Origin: a virus
Strand: one strand, 5' to 3'
Virus record (IMG/VR): IMGVR_UViG_3300025534_000182
Span: 1 to 64,000 of that record
Length of the DNA stretch: 64,000 bases
Position 1 is the stretch's first letter; every line of letters begins with the position of its first letter. A program made the position numbers and the translations under genes. Positions 54,394 to 62,745 of this stretch are shown one piece after another. The notes under the pieces are model-generated. The model was not told where the DNA came from and made no database searches. It saw nothing but the letters and a program-made list of their open reading frames with translations.

Positions 54394-54421
54394 AGCTACC
54401 ATATCGGTAGCTCTTTTCTCC
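54394..54421 (-). terminator. hairpin agctaccatatcggtagct with T-tracts on both strands (bidirectional)
   Basis: Minus strand reads ...gagctaccgatatggtagcttttttcgttt. Confidence 0.55.
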
Positions 54422-54606
54422 TCGCTAGGTACGATAAAGATGTAATAAAGTTAAAATGATAAAAATATTTTTGCGACAATTCCTTATAGGTAGGATAGTG
54501 AATCAAACCTCATATTTTTCAAATCCTTATAGGTACGTAACAACAAACTCATAACAATATAAAATAGGGTTAAACAAACTTAATTTCAAGTCCTATGAGG
54601 TACAAT
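54417..54606. repeat. array of four related 12-nt motifs (CCTTATAGGTAgg / CCTTATAGGTAcg / CCTATGAGGTAca / CGCTAGGTAcg) at about 45-65 bp spacing
   Basis: Direct inspection. The array sits in a 390-bp non-coding gap bracketed by two terminators. Confidence 0.55.
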
Positions 54607-54624
54607 TAAATAATAACTTAAATC

Positions 54625-54650
54625 AGAAAAAATAGCAAGCATTTTTGCTT
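54625..54650 (-). terminator. hairpin agcaagcatttttgcttgct plus UUUUUU immediately after the 54652 gene stop
   Basis: Minus strand reads atagcaagcaaaaatgcttgctattttttc. Confidence 0.55.
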
Positions 54651-54651
54651 G

Positions 54652-54993
54652 CTATAACTCTTCTTTTTTTACTTCAATTGCTGTTATTCGTACAAACCGG
54701 TCAAATACAAATTTTCGACCATTTACAGCTACGTCGTATTCGTTGCCTTGAACAAGTTTCATTTCTGCATAAAGAGGCCGAATGCCTCTTTTAATAAGTT
54801 CGATAATAACAGATAACGGCGCAACAACTACCATTTCTTCTGCACCAGATCGTTTAAACCGATTTGCTACATCATCTGCATTTGAAAATGGATTTGAATC
54901 TAATATAATTTCAACATCAGATCCAAATATTCGCTTTAATTCTGTTATTTGTTTTTGTATCGGTTCATGACGAGAAAACCATATAATTTTCAT
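54652..54993 (-). CDS. hypothetical protein
   Basis: 113-aa ORF. Confidence 0.5.
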   Translation of the reverse strand: MKIIWFSRHEPIQKQITELKRIFGSDVEIILDSNPFSNADDVANRFKRSGAEEMVVVAPLSVIIELIKRGIRPLYAEMKLVQGNEYDVAVNGRKFVFDRFVRITAIEVKKEEL

Positions 54994-55028
54994 GTATTTA
55001 TTGTCTCCTTTATCATTATTAACTCATT

Positions 55029-55139
55029 TTAACATATATTTTTCTCTTGCGCCATAGCAGCTAAAAGCAAACTAATTTTGTTACCATCTCTTGTTTTCAC
55101 ATAAAATTTTCCATTTTCTCTAAAACCTGTTCTATACAT
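55029..55139 (-). CDS. tiny hypothetical protein (36 aa)
   Basis: AAAGGAGG SD 8 nt before the ATG. Confidence 0.3.
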   Translation of the reverse strand: MYRTGFRENGKFYVKTRDGNKISLLLAAMAQEKNIC

Positions 55140-55152
55140 AGCAATGCCTCCT

Positions 55153-55311
55153 TTATGCAGTTATATTATTTTGATTTTTATGCACAATCACAATACAATT
55201 TGCATCCTCGCACATCTTTTTAAATTGCCTCATCTGGTTTACATCCTTAAATCCGTATGTAGTTTTATAAATTTTCCCATTGTATTTTTCAATTACTGTT
55301 ACCAAGTACAT
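55153..55311 (-). CDS. small hypothetical protein (52 aa)
   Basis: AAGGGGAG SD before the ATG. Confidence 0.4.
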   Translation of the reverse strand: MYLVTVIEKYNGKIYKTTYGFKDVNQMRQFKKMCEDANCIVIVHKNQNNITA

Positions 55312-55386
55312 TTTTGACTCCCCTTATCTTCTTAGTTGTTTTAATTATGATATCAACGAAGGGCTAGGTTGCCCTAGCCCAATATA

Positions 55387-56451
55387 TTAAATTGCCTTAC
55401 TAAATAACAACTCTCCGGCAACATCCTCTAAATTAAGCCTTCCAGTGTAATCTTTAGTTTCGTTTTCCCAGTCTCTAGCACCTGCTGTTACTGCATTAAT
55501 ATAATCGAATTTTGTTCTCCCCATTCGTTGTTCAGTTTCCCAATTTTTTCGGACTACTTCAGTCATTTTCTTAGTGATACTTTTTCTATTTTGGATAAAA
55601 TTAAATATTTCATCTGGGTCTGACGTTTTTGTTTTTGCGTCTTGTAGTCTTTCAACATAATTATTGAATAGACTTTTGGCTTCTACTGTTATACTACCCA
55701 AACGATCATTAATTTCTGTTACGTCGAAATCCCCCATGTGCTTTTGATCAATAATCGTGAATTCATGTCTCGGATAAGATAAACCATTTGTGCAAACAAG
55801 ACGATAAATAATAAATCTGCCCTTGATTTTGCTTCCTCCTGTTTCACTATTTCGCAAGTGAATTCCGGGAAAAATAATATCGTCTGTTAATCCAAAACGC
55901 ACTTCATGTTGTGGCAATTTTCCAATAGATGTTTTTAAATCAGGTAACGTAAAGCGGATATCCATGAAATCACTTGTAACCGAAAATCCTTGTGTCTCTA
56001 ACTTTTCTCCATCGAAATTCTGTAGTTGCCGCAAAATTGGCAGATTGTCGAATACTCTGTAATTATCAGAAAAGATTGCTCGCACTCTATATTTGTTGCT
56101 GTTACTATGTTGTAGTGTCCGAAAGAAATATTCTTTGTCGTTTCTAAGACGGTTCAAACCGCGCCTCATGTTGATTTTGAACGTTTCTAAATCCTCTTCA
56201 ATTTCTGAAGCAGATTTTCCATCAGTGTCCAATAATTTCATCATATAGCTGGATGGCAAATCTGCTTTCATGCAGAAATGTTGAAATCCTGTTTTTGTGA
56301 AATCGATTGGCCCAAGTCCGTCAATATGAAGCGATCCTCTGTTGTCCATATGTAAGTTACTGGGCTTAATAAGCACATCGCGCTTTGACTTTTCAATTTC
56401 TTCGATACGCGCCAAAGCTTCTTTAAATTTTTCTCCAAGATTTTTGCTCAT
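55387..56451 (-). CDS. hypothetical protein (354 aa)
   Basis: Long ORF with an ACGGAGG SD, driven by the conserved promoter/leader, copy 1. Confidence 0.55.
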   Translation of the reverse strand: MSKNLGEKFKEALARIEEIEKSKRDVLIKPSNLHMDNRGSLHIDGLGPIDFTKTGFQHFCMKADLPSSYMMKLLDTDGKSASEIEEDLETFKINMRRGLNRLRNDKEYFFRTLQHSNSNKYRVRAIFSDNYRVFDNLPILRQLQNFDGEKLETQGFSVTSDFMDIRFTLPDLKTSIGKLPQHEVRFGLTDDIIFPGIHLRNSETGGSKIKGRFIIYRLVCTNGLSYPRHEFTIIDQKHMGDFDVTEINDRLGSITVEAKSLFNNYVERLQDAKTKTSDPDEIFNFIQNRKSITKKMTEVVRKNWETEQRMGRTKFDYINAVTAGARDWENETKDYTGRLNLEDVAGELLFSKAI

Positions 56452-56565
56452 TGTAATTACCTCCGTTATTAATATTTTGCTTTTATTTGTTATTATAATA
56501 ACATTTCTAAAAATGTGATGTCAATACTTTACTTTTAAAAATTACTCATCCTCAAAAGCTCCCAA
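56452..56565 (-). promoter_or_regulatory. conserved promoter/leader, copy 1 (TTGACA-N17/18-TGTTATTATAAT, upstream block TTGGGAGCTTTTGAG)
   Basis: About 85% identical over about 110 bp to 60229..60345, which sits in the same position upstream of another gene. Confidence 0.5.
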
Positions 56566-56799
56566 TGGCAATAAGTATTCTTTCATAATTTGATTCGCTT
56601 TTTTATGTGCATTTATTACTTCTTCTTTGCCAAGTTTATAAACATCTCCATTTTTCAGCATAAACAGGACAAACTCTATATCCTACATAGCTTTTCCAAC
56701 TTCTTTAATATCCAATGTTATCACTCCATTTGTTCATATAATAAAATTCTGCTTTTATCGCACAAATTGATCATAAAAAATGCGGGTTATGCACCCACA

Positions 56800-56982
56800 T
56801 TAGAAATTGAAAACTGTTACTGTAACTCCTTGTTTTTGTAGTTCTTCTGCAACTACTTCAATACTTGGACTAATAACCCAAATTATTTTTCTGGTTGATT
56901 CTAATTGTTTTGCTATTTCTTTGTTGTATACAGTCACATTGTTTGTTTTTTTATCCCAATAATATCCGAATAATTGATTCAT
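56800..56982 (-). CDS. hypothetical protein
   Basis: 60 aa with a GGGAGATAAATAA-ATG SD. Confidence 0.45.
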   Translation of the reverse strand: MNQLFGYYWDKKTNNVTVYNKEIAKQLESTRKIIWVISPSIEVVAEELQKQGVTVTVFNF

Positions 56983-57000
56983 TTATTTATCTCCCGAATT

Positions 57001-57028
57001 AACAAAATGAAGCGGATCGGCTCCGCTT
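57001..57028 (-). terminator. hairpin aagcggatcggctccgctt with a U-tract (bidirectional)
   Basis: 7-bp GC-rich stem. Minus strand reads ...ccgcttcattttgtt. Confidence 0.6.
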
Positions 57029-57034
57029 AGACTG

Positions 57035-57190
57035 TTATTTTATGAACTGGAAACAATGAACCGACTCTTCATATCCATTGCTTTTATAACGATACACATT
57101 TCCGTTATAATGCAAAGCATAATCGTTTTCATCTTCTTGCATAGCTTCTGCAAAGTTTTCCAAATCCCAAGTGTCTGCACCGTCGTCCAC
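57035..57190 (-). CDS. small acidic protein (51 aa from GTG), or a 68-codon gene with an in-frame TAA at codon 9
   Basis: The frame ...DTWDLENFAEAMQEDENDYALHYNGNVYRYKSNGYEESVHCFQFIK has AT-rich third positions. An upstream GGAGG-ATG is followed after 7 codons by TAA, and a GTG with a GAGGA SD comes 8 codons later. The 63-aa ORF in the track is a different, G-rich frame. Confidence 0.4.
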   Translation of the reverse strand: MDDGADTWDLENFAEAMQEDENDYALHYNGNVYRYKSNGYEESVHCFQFIK

Positions 57191-57291
57191 TTTTGTAAAT
57201 CCTCGTTTTTGCGCTTATTGAATAAGTTCATGAATCTTCATAATAAATCAATCCTCCTGTTATTGGTTATAATAAAAATTTTTATTAGCTG

Positions 57292-57408
57292 TTATCTTAA
57301 GCTTTCCGCCAAACGTTTTAATTCGTCTTTAGTCATCTTGTCGAGTTGTTCAAAGTTATAACCTTTTCCCAAAAGAAATTGATAAGCTCCCCAATAACTA
57401 AGTCTCAT
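57292..57408 (-). CDS. tiny hypothetical protein (38 aa)
   Basis: AAAGGAGATG SD before the ATG. Confidence 0.3.
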   Translation of the reverse strand: MRLSYWGAYQFLLGKGYNFEQLDKMTKDELKRLAESLR

Positions 57409-57454
57409 TGATATCATCTCCTTTTTGAAAACAAATCATAAAATTCAAAGAGTG

Positions 57455-57745
57455 TCAAAGCTTTACTTTCTTTATATTCTCTTTTTCTGGCTTAGTTCCT
57501 TCCCATAAGCCATCATCAATTAACTCTTTTTTGCTATTAAATCGCCATTTTTGATATAAAAATGTATTCTCTTTGTACTCAACTTTACGGATTGGTTTTC
57601 TAATATGTATAAATCCTTTATTGTTTATGGCTGCTTCAAATACTGGTCTGTTATTAACGACAATAGTATACCATGTATTATAATAACATGAACCAGTTTC
57701 AAATAATGCTTGACGTACAATACTATAAACTTGATTATCTGTCAT
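57455..57745 (-). CDS. hypothetical protein
   Basis: 96-aa ORF. Confidence 0.5.
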   Translation of the reverse strand: MTDNQVYSIVRQALFETGSCYYNTWYTIVVNNRPVFEAAINNKGFIHIRKPIRKVEYKENTFLYQKWRFNSKKELIDDGLWEGTKPEKENIKKVKL

Positions 57746-57887
57746 TATTTTTGCTCCTTTCTATAGTCGGAAATGTTTATATCAATATATAATATTTTGT
57801 TTATTACTCTAGTAAAATGGACATTTTATTATAGAATCGTTTGATCTTAAATATGTTATTATCCAGCCAATACAATCCTTAGCCCTT

Positions 57888-57995
57888 TTACTGCCCATCT
57901 GTTATGTTCTTCTCATCATTGTCATTGTCAGATAAAAAATCCGACAAGGTACCTTCGAAGACTTTGATATTATCATTATAAACTGTTATAAACAT
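57888..57995 (-). CDS. tiny acidic protein (35 aa)
   Basis: AAAGGAGATATGATCGA-ATG. Confidence 0.3.
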   Translation of the reverse strand: MFITVYNDNIKVFEGTLSDFLSDNDNDEKNITDGQ

Positions 57996-58016
57996 TCGAT
58001 CATATCTCCTTTGTTA

Positions 58017-58054
58017 CACACTCCCATAATACCATATGATATTATGGGAGTGTG
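58017..58054. repeat. 38-bp near-perfect palindrome cacactcccataataccatatgatattatgggagtgtg centred on CATATG
   Basis: Two mismatches to its own reverse complement. No adjacent U-tract. Confidence 0.7.
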
Positions 58055-58081
58055 CTGTTATTGGTTGTTTATATATCGCTG

Positions 58082-58453
58082 TTATACAGTCTTTTCCGTT
58101 TGATATCCTTCCACATGACTGTTAAGACGTTCCAGCGCTTCCCTATGGCTTAAACGTCCGTACAGACTTGTTCCTATCGAAGGACGTCCATCATGACAGA
58201 CTGTTCTAATTTCGTATCCTTCAAACGTGCGAAGCATATAGAGAGTTACACCAGATTCAGGAATGACTTTAAATGTTATGTTATGCGGATAATCAAACTC
58301 GTTGAAATACCATTCAAGCGCTGTTATAAGGTTCTGCTTTGCTTCTTCTTTAGTTATTCCAGTTTCCTGAAATTGTCCGAAGGAAGCAACATATCCGACT
58401 TTCTTGCCGAATGTGTTTTTATTTGTTTCAACTGTTATTTTCATTTTTATCAT
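58082..58453 (-). CDS. hypothetical protein (in GC-richer island)
   Basis: 123-aa ORF. Confidence 0.5.
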   Translation of the reverse strand: MIKMKITVETNKNTFGKKVGYVASFGQFQETGITKEEAKQNLITALEWYFNEFDYPHNITFKVIPESGVTLYMLRTFEGYEIRTVCHDGRPSIGTSLYGRLSHREALERLNSHVEGYQTEKTV

Positions 58454-58456
58454 CTC

Positions 58457-58750
58457 CTATTCGTTAATTGTCTCAATCGTACCCATAAATAAATCTATTC
58501 CATATTCCAGTTGTTTTAAGTGTGGGAAAGCGTCTAGAATGTACTGGATAGATTCGTTCGCATTATGTTCCCGTTTTCCTGTCCGTCTGCTGCTAATGGC
58601 TCCATATACGCGATTGTTGAAACGTTGAATGCGTGAATGGTTACCAGTATAAGAAGATGGTTCATAAGCTTCATATACCGTTATAGGCGTACTAATAATG
58701 CGGAAGGAATGAACCAGTACGCCGTTAGGTAGAATAATCGTTTTTGACAT
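58457..58750 (-). CDS. hypothetical protein (in GC-richer island)
   Basis: 97-aa ORF. Confidence 0.5.
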   Translation of the reverse strand: MSKTIILPNGVLVHSFRIISTPITVYEAYEPSSYTGNHSRIQRFNNRVYGAISSRRTGKREHNANESIQYILDAFPHLKQLEYGIDLFMGTIETINE

Positions 58751-58763
58751 AGTGAAAAACCTC

Positions 58764-59228
58764 CTAAATAAATACTATACGTTTTCCTAGTTTCTTTTCC
58801 TGCTGGACTTCTCGAACGTCATACGGCTTATAATTCGCGTCAAGTTTTGCCGTTGTCGCTTTGGTTGAAAAACGTCCAGCATTAAACGCTTCCTTGATCC
58901 ATTTGTAAACGGACAACTTATCTGTTATATTATAACGGTTTACCCTTACACCAATATGATAGTATTCGCTGTTATCGTCTGAAAGAATTGCAAGGATCGG
59001 CATATGTTCATGTTTGGTAAGCGTGGAATGTTGACGTGTCCAACGTTTAATATGTTTTAAAACCTCTTGTTTTCCTGCTGTTATGGCTGCATATCCCATG
59101 TTAAAGCGTTCATCGTCCGAAAGTTTGACTTCCTTTCCTTTGTAGAACAGTTTAAAGGATTCTGGCGAATAACGATAAAAGGAAAAAGAAAAGTCACGAA
59201 AAAATCGATTTTTATTGTTAGTTTTCAT
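58764..59228 (-). CDS. hypothetical protein (in GC-richer island)
   Basis: 154 aa with an AAAGGAGG SD. Confidence 0.55.
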   Translation of the reverse strand: MKTNNKNRFFRDFSFSFYRYSPESFKLFYKGKEVKLSDDERFNMGYAAITAGKQEVLKHIKRWTRQHSTLTKHEHMPILAILSDDNSEYYHIGVRVNRYNITDKLSVYKWIKEAFNAGRFSTKATTAKLDANYKPYDVREVQQEKKLGKRIVFI

Positions 59229-59401
59229 TTTATGCCTCCTTTCATGTTAGAACCAAATAAGCTTTCATGAAAGAATATTTCTGTATTCGCTCCTTCTGGT
59301 TTAAATGAGGCAATTGTTCCGTTGTCATTTACAAATACAACTTTCCCTTTATAAAGCTTCCCTTGTTTTTTAAATGATACCATTTGGCCAATTTTGATCA
59401 T
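59225..59401 (-). CDS. small hypothetical protein (58 aa) translationally coupled on both sides (ATGA overlaps)
   Basis: Its ATG overlaps the ankyrin gene's TGA, and its TGA overlaps the next gene's ATG. Confidence 0.55.
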   Translation of the reverse strand: MIKIGQMVSFKKQGKLYKGKVVFVNDNGTIASFKPEGANTEIFFHESLFGSNMKGGIK

Positions 59402-60228
59402 TTAACAACTCCTTCTAACAATTGTTTCGCTTCTTCATAAAGCGCTTTTTTCTTGTCTGTTACGTATTTCTCCATTTCACAAAGATAATCAAGTGCCGTT
59501 TTCCCTTCATTGTCTGTTATGTTTTTGTCTGCTCCCAACTGGAGCAAAACCTTAATCATTTTAAAGTCACAACGTTGCGCGGCGATCATAAGCGATGTTC
59601 TCCCGCGCTCGTCTTTTTCGTTGATATCTTTTCCTTCTTTGACTAATGTTTCAATCCTCTTTACATCTCCTTCCAACATAGCATGACGAATACTATCAAT
59701 CATTAAATTATTACTAAGTTTTATGGATGTAAACAAAGCTCCATCTGTAGTTACAAAGTCCATATAATATTCGAAATCAATATCAGTATAGATTCCATCA
59801 TCTGTTATATAATACTCATCAACTTGTAAGCATTTAAAATCGTTTCCGTCGCCTCCATCGATTGAAACTTCCCAAATATTAGAATCAATCAAAATTAATC
59901 TATGTTTATCAATTGTATTGTACTGTGAACTATAATAAAACTTTAATTCTGCAACTTTTCTTTGCTTTGTGATAGTTGGTTTATTTTCTTGTGATATCTT
60001 TTTTCGCTCAAAAATAAACCATGTATATTCATTTTTAAATTCGTGTTTATATTTCTTTGTTAATTGATGATTGATCATAATCATTACTTCAATCATTGGA
60101 GAACCTTTATCACTGACAATTGTTAAACCGATTTGATAAATTTCTTCATTAAATTTTTCAAAATCAAAATCATACTTTTCATTCTTTATTTTGTTGTAAA
60201 CTTTCAACAATTGAATTGACTTGTTCAT
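59398..60228 (-). CDS. ankyrin-repeat protein
   Basis: C-terminal GKDINEKDERGRTSLMIAAQRCDFKMIKVLLQLGADKNITDNEGKTALDYL are ankyrin repeats. Driven by the conserved promoter/leader, copy 2. Confidence 0.6.
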   Translation of the reverse strand: MNKSIQLLKVYNKIKNEKYDFDFEKFNEEIYQIGLTIVSDKGSPMIEVMIMINHQLTKKYKHEFKNEYTWFIFERKKISQENKPTITKQRKVAELKFYYSSQYNTIDKHRLILIDSNIWEVSIDGGDGNDFKCLQVDEYYITDDGIYTDIDFEYYMDFVTTDGALFTSIKLSNNLMIDSIRHAMLEGDVKRIETLVKEGKDINEKDERGRTSLMIAAQRCDFKMIKVLLQLGADKNITDNEGKTALDYLCEMEKYVTDKKKALYEEAKQLLEGVVK

Positions 60229-60345
60229 TTATAATTCCTCCATTATTAATATTTTGATTTTTATTTGTTATTATAATAACATTAAACAAATGTTTTTGCA
60301 ATACTTTATTTTTAAAACTCGTCTTCAAAAGCTCCCAACTTAAAT
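60229..60345 (-). promoter_or_regulatory. conserved promoter/leader, copy 2 (TTGCAA-N17-TGTTATTATAAT)
   Basis: See 56452..56565. Confidence 0.5.
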
Positions 60346-60440
60346 AGTTTTGGTTTACCTCATCAGCATACATGTCGCCATCATGTATGGAATAGCGCTG
60401 TTATGCGCTAGTTTTGGCTGTTTAATTGGCCAATCTTTTA

Positions 60441-60989
60441 TTATTCGTAAATTAATTCAAAAGATTTTACATCATACCATGATGAATAGCCATAATCATC
60501 TATTATCCATATAACATATTTGTTTTCGCTTCGTTGATAATTATAATCCTTAACAAGATATTTTTTCTCTTTTGTAATAACTCTTCCGTGTGTTCTAGAT
60601 ACAAAATCTTTTTTAGCAATTGCATATTTCGGTTTTTGCTTCGCTTTTTTGAGTGATTCCAAGTATGAAAAAAGTTTTCCTTCTGTAACTGCCTGTTCTG
60701 CTTTTGCTATTAATTCTTCAGTTATTTTTGGCACGACATAACCTTTTCCATTGCAACCATAACACATTGAACCATCTCTAGGATTATATGAATAATTTCC
60801 ACTACCACCACAACGATTACATATAATCCCAAGACCAATTCCAACAATTCGCCCATGTAAAGTTGCTTTAAATTTTTGAGGAATAGCAATAGTTTTATCT
60901 GAAATACCTAACACTTTTGCAAGTCTAAATTCCAATTCATTCATTTTAATTTCCTCCCATAAAATGAGTATTTTACTGTAAAATATCAT
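60441..60989 (-). CDS. hypothetical Cys-rich protein
   Basis: CNRCGGSGNYSYNPRDGSMCYGCNGKG. Confidence 0.5.
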   Translation of the reverse strand: MIFYSKILILWEEIKMNELEFRLAKVLGISDKTIAIPQKFKATLHGRIVGIGLGIICNRCGGSGNYSYNPRDGSMCYGCNGKGYVVPKITEELIAKAEQAVTEGKLFSYLESLKKAKQKPKYAIAKKDFVSRTHGRVITKEKKYLVKDYNYQRSENKYVIWIIDDYGYSSWYDVKSFELIYE

Positions 60990-61050
60990 TCTCTTTATGA
61001 TAAAAGTTTATTATCCTTTCCGCACTTGCGGAAAGGATAATATTTATTTT

Positions 61051-61401
61051 TTAAATCAAAAATATTTCTCCCGTTTCCCCTTCTCTTTCATCAATGATAT
61101 AATTCTTATCTTCGATCAGATTGATTAAATAACCTTCTTCTCTAATGATTTTTTTATAAAGTTTCATATGTGTGTAAATAGATATAAATACCTCCTTATC
61201 ATAATCGTTTATTGTTATCGCCAAAGATACTCCTTTTTCTTTGAACCATCTTTCACCAAAACTGCTAACGTATAGAGAAAGATATATCCTTTTTCCTCCA
61301 AAATAAAATTCAGATGGATATCTTTCATCCTCTTCGCAAGTATACGGAGAATTAAATCGCAAATTTTCCAGAATTTCCCTTTTAATCGGATATTTTTTCA
61401 T
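61051..61401 (-). CDS. hypothetical protein
   Basis: 116-aa ORF. Confidence 0.5.
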   Translation of the reverse strand: MKKYPIKREILENLRFNSPYTCEEDERYPSEFYFGGKRIYLSLYVSSFGERWFKEKGVSLAITINDYDKEVFISIYTHMKLYKKIIREEGYLINLIEDKNYIIDEREGETGEIFLI

Positions 61402-61528
61402 TTTTATTCCTCCTCATTGTTATTAATTTAAATATGTTTTAAATGATACATTATTAATATATTGTTTTTAATGTATTGTCCGCACAACAAGCTTAAACCT
61501 GTTATGCGGACTAAATAGCTTGTAATTA

Positions 61529-62725
61529 TTATGCGCTTTGTTCGTTTTCTTTTTGTTTGTAAGGATACAAATACCAATTATCATAATTAACGACGTATTC
61601 GTTTTTAGTATTCTTTTTTATTTGCTTCCTTTCCTGCTTGTCGTTTATAAATTTATCTTTAATGGGTTTTCCGTCTTCAATGGCAATTTGCTGAATAGTT
61701 ACGCTTTTTTCTGTTACTTTTACAACCTTAAAAGCTGCTATTATAATATTTCCGGCAACGTTATGACGCACTAAGATATCGCCAACATTGAATGGATTTT
61801 CAATTATTTGTTTTTGTTCTGTCCAGTTTTCAGGAATTTTCACTTCCTGAATTTCCGCATATGGATATTTCAATGTATACGGAACATAAGACGATTTTAC
61901 TTCGACGGTTTTTGTATTTGCTTTTACTACAACATCCCAATAACCACGAATTTTGACGAGATAACCGGGTTTTATGTTATCTTTGTTGTATTGTATACCT
62001 CCCAATTCATCCAAACAATTTTGAAAAAATGCAAGCTTATCGATTTCATATTCCATTTTTTCAAGTAAACTCTCTAACCATTTCTCGTTATTTTGTTCTT
62101 CTGCTGTTATGATCAATTTTTCATACTTACGAATGTTTGCGTTGCACTCTTCAATTCTGTTATATAAGTATGTTTTATCTTGCAATTGTGCCATGCTTGC
62201 CGTTTGATAAGCTGTCATGGCTTTTTGGCGAAAATATTCACTTTTTCTATATTCTTCAAAGCCTTTATGATAGCGTTCGTAAATACGCTCCCTTTGTTTT
62301 CTAAATCGTTCTGATCCTGCATGTCCGGCAATAATTGGTTGTGTAAAAAATGCAACATCATGGTTTCGTAAATATTCATTCATTTCTACTTGAAATGCTT
62401 CGGCACGTTTTTCTGCATTTTTTGCATACTGTTCATAACGTTCTGCCCTAGCTTCTGCTTTTTCTGCTTTTCGTTGCAATTCTTCAGCATATGTAAGCCT
62501 TTCGCCTACTTTTCCGCCATCAGAAAAGCCCAATTTTTCAGCAATCCGAATAGCCATATAGTGATTATTAACTCCTCTAGACACCCAAGCAGAACGGGAC
62601 GGACTCCAAAGAAAAAACCGCTTTAATTCTGCTTTTTGTTGTTCTGTTAAAGATTGGTATTCTGATTTTTCAAAGTGCAATTCGATTTTTCCCGTTTCGC
62701 GATTCAATACGTATTGTTTTTGCAT
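61529..62725 (-). CDS. hypothetical protein (398 aa)
   Basis: Long ORF with an AAGGAGG SD. Confidence 0.55.
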   Translation of the reverse strand: MQKQYVLNRETGKIELHFEKSEYQSLTEQQKAELKRFFLWSPSRSAWVSRGVNNHYMAIRIAEKLGFSDGGKVGERLTYAEELQRKAEKAEARAERYEQYAKNAEKRAEAFQVEMNEYLRNHDVAFFTQPIIAGHAGSERFRKQRERIYERYHKGFEEYRKSEYFRQKAMTAYQTASMAQLQDKTYLYNRIEECNANIRKYEKLIITAEEQNNEKWLESLLEKMEYEIDKLAFFQNCLDELGGIQYNKDNIKPGYLVKIRGYWDVVVKANTKTVEVKSSYVPYTLKYPYAEIQEVKIPENWTEQKQIIENPFNVGDILVRHNVAGNIIIAAFKVVKVTEKSVTIQQIAIEDGKPIKDKFINDKQERKQIKKNTKNEYVVNYDNWYLYPYKQKENEQSA

Positions 62726-62745
62726 GAAATATTCCTCCTTAAATA

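Noticed and set aside
57040-57361. 63-aa minus ORF (57040..57231) and 101-aa plus ORF (57056..57361)
   Set aside because: The plus ORF is antisense to a good coding frame and is Ile/Phe-rich junk. The 63-aa frame has G-rich third positions, whereas the overlapping frame ending at 57035 has AT-rich third positions, a terminator and an SD.
60179-60373. 64-aa minus ORF
   Set aside because: It reads straight through the conserved promoter/leader, copy 2, and into the SD of the ankyrin gene. The copy-1 equivalent is in another frame, so the conservation is non-coding.
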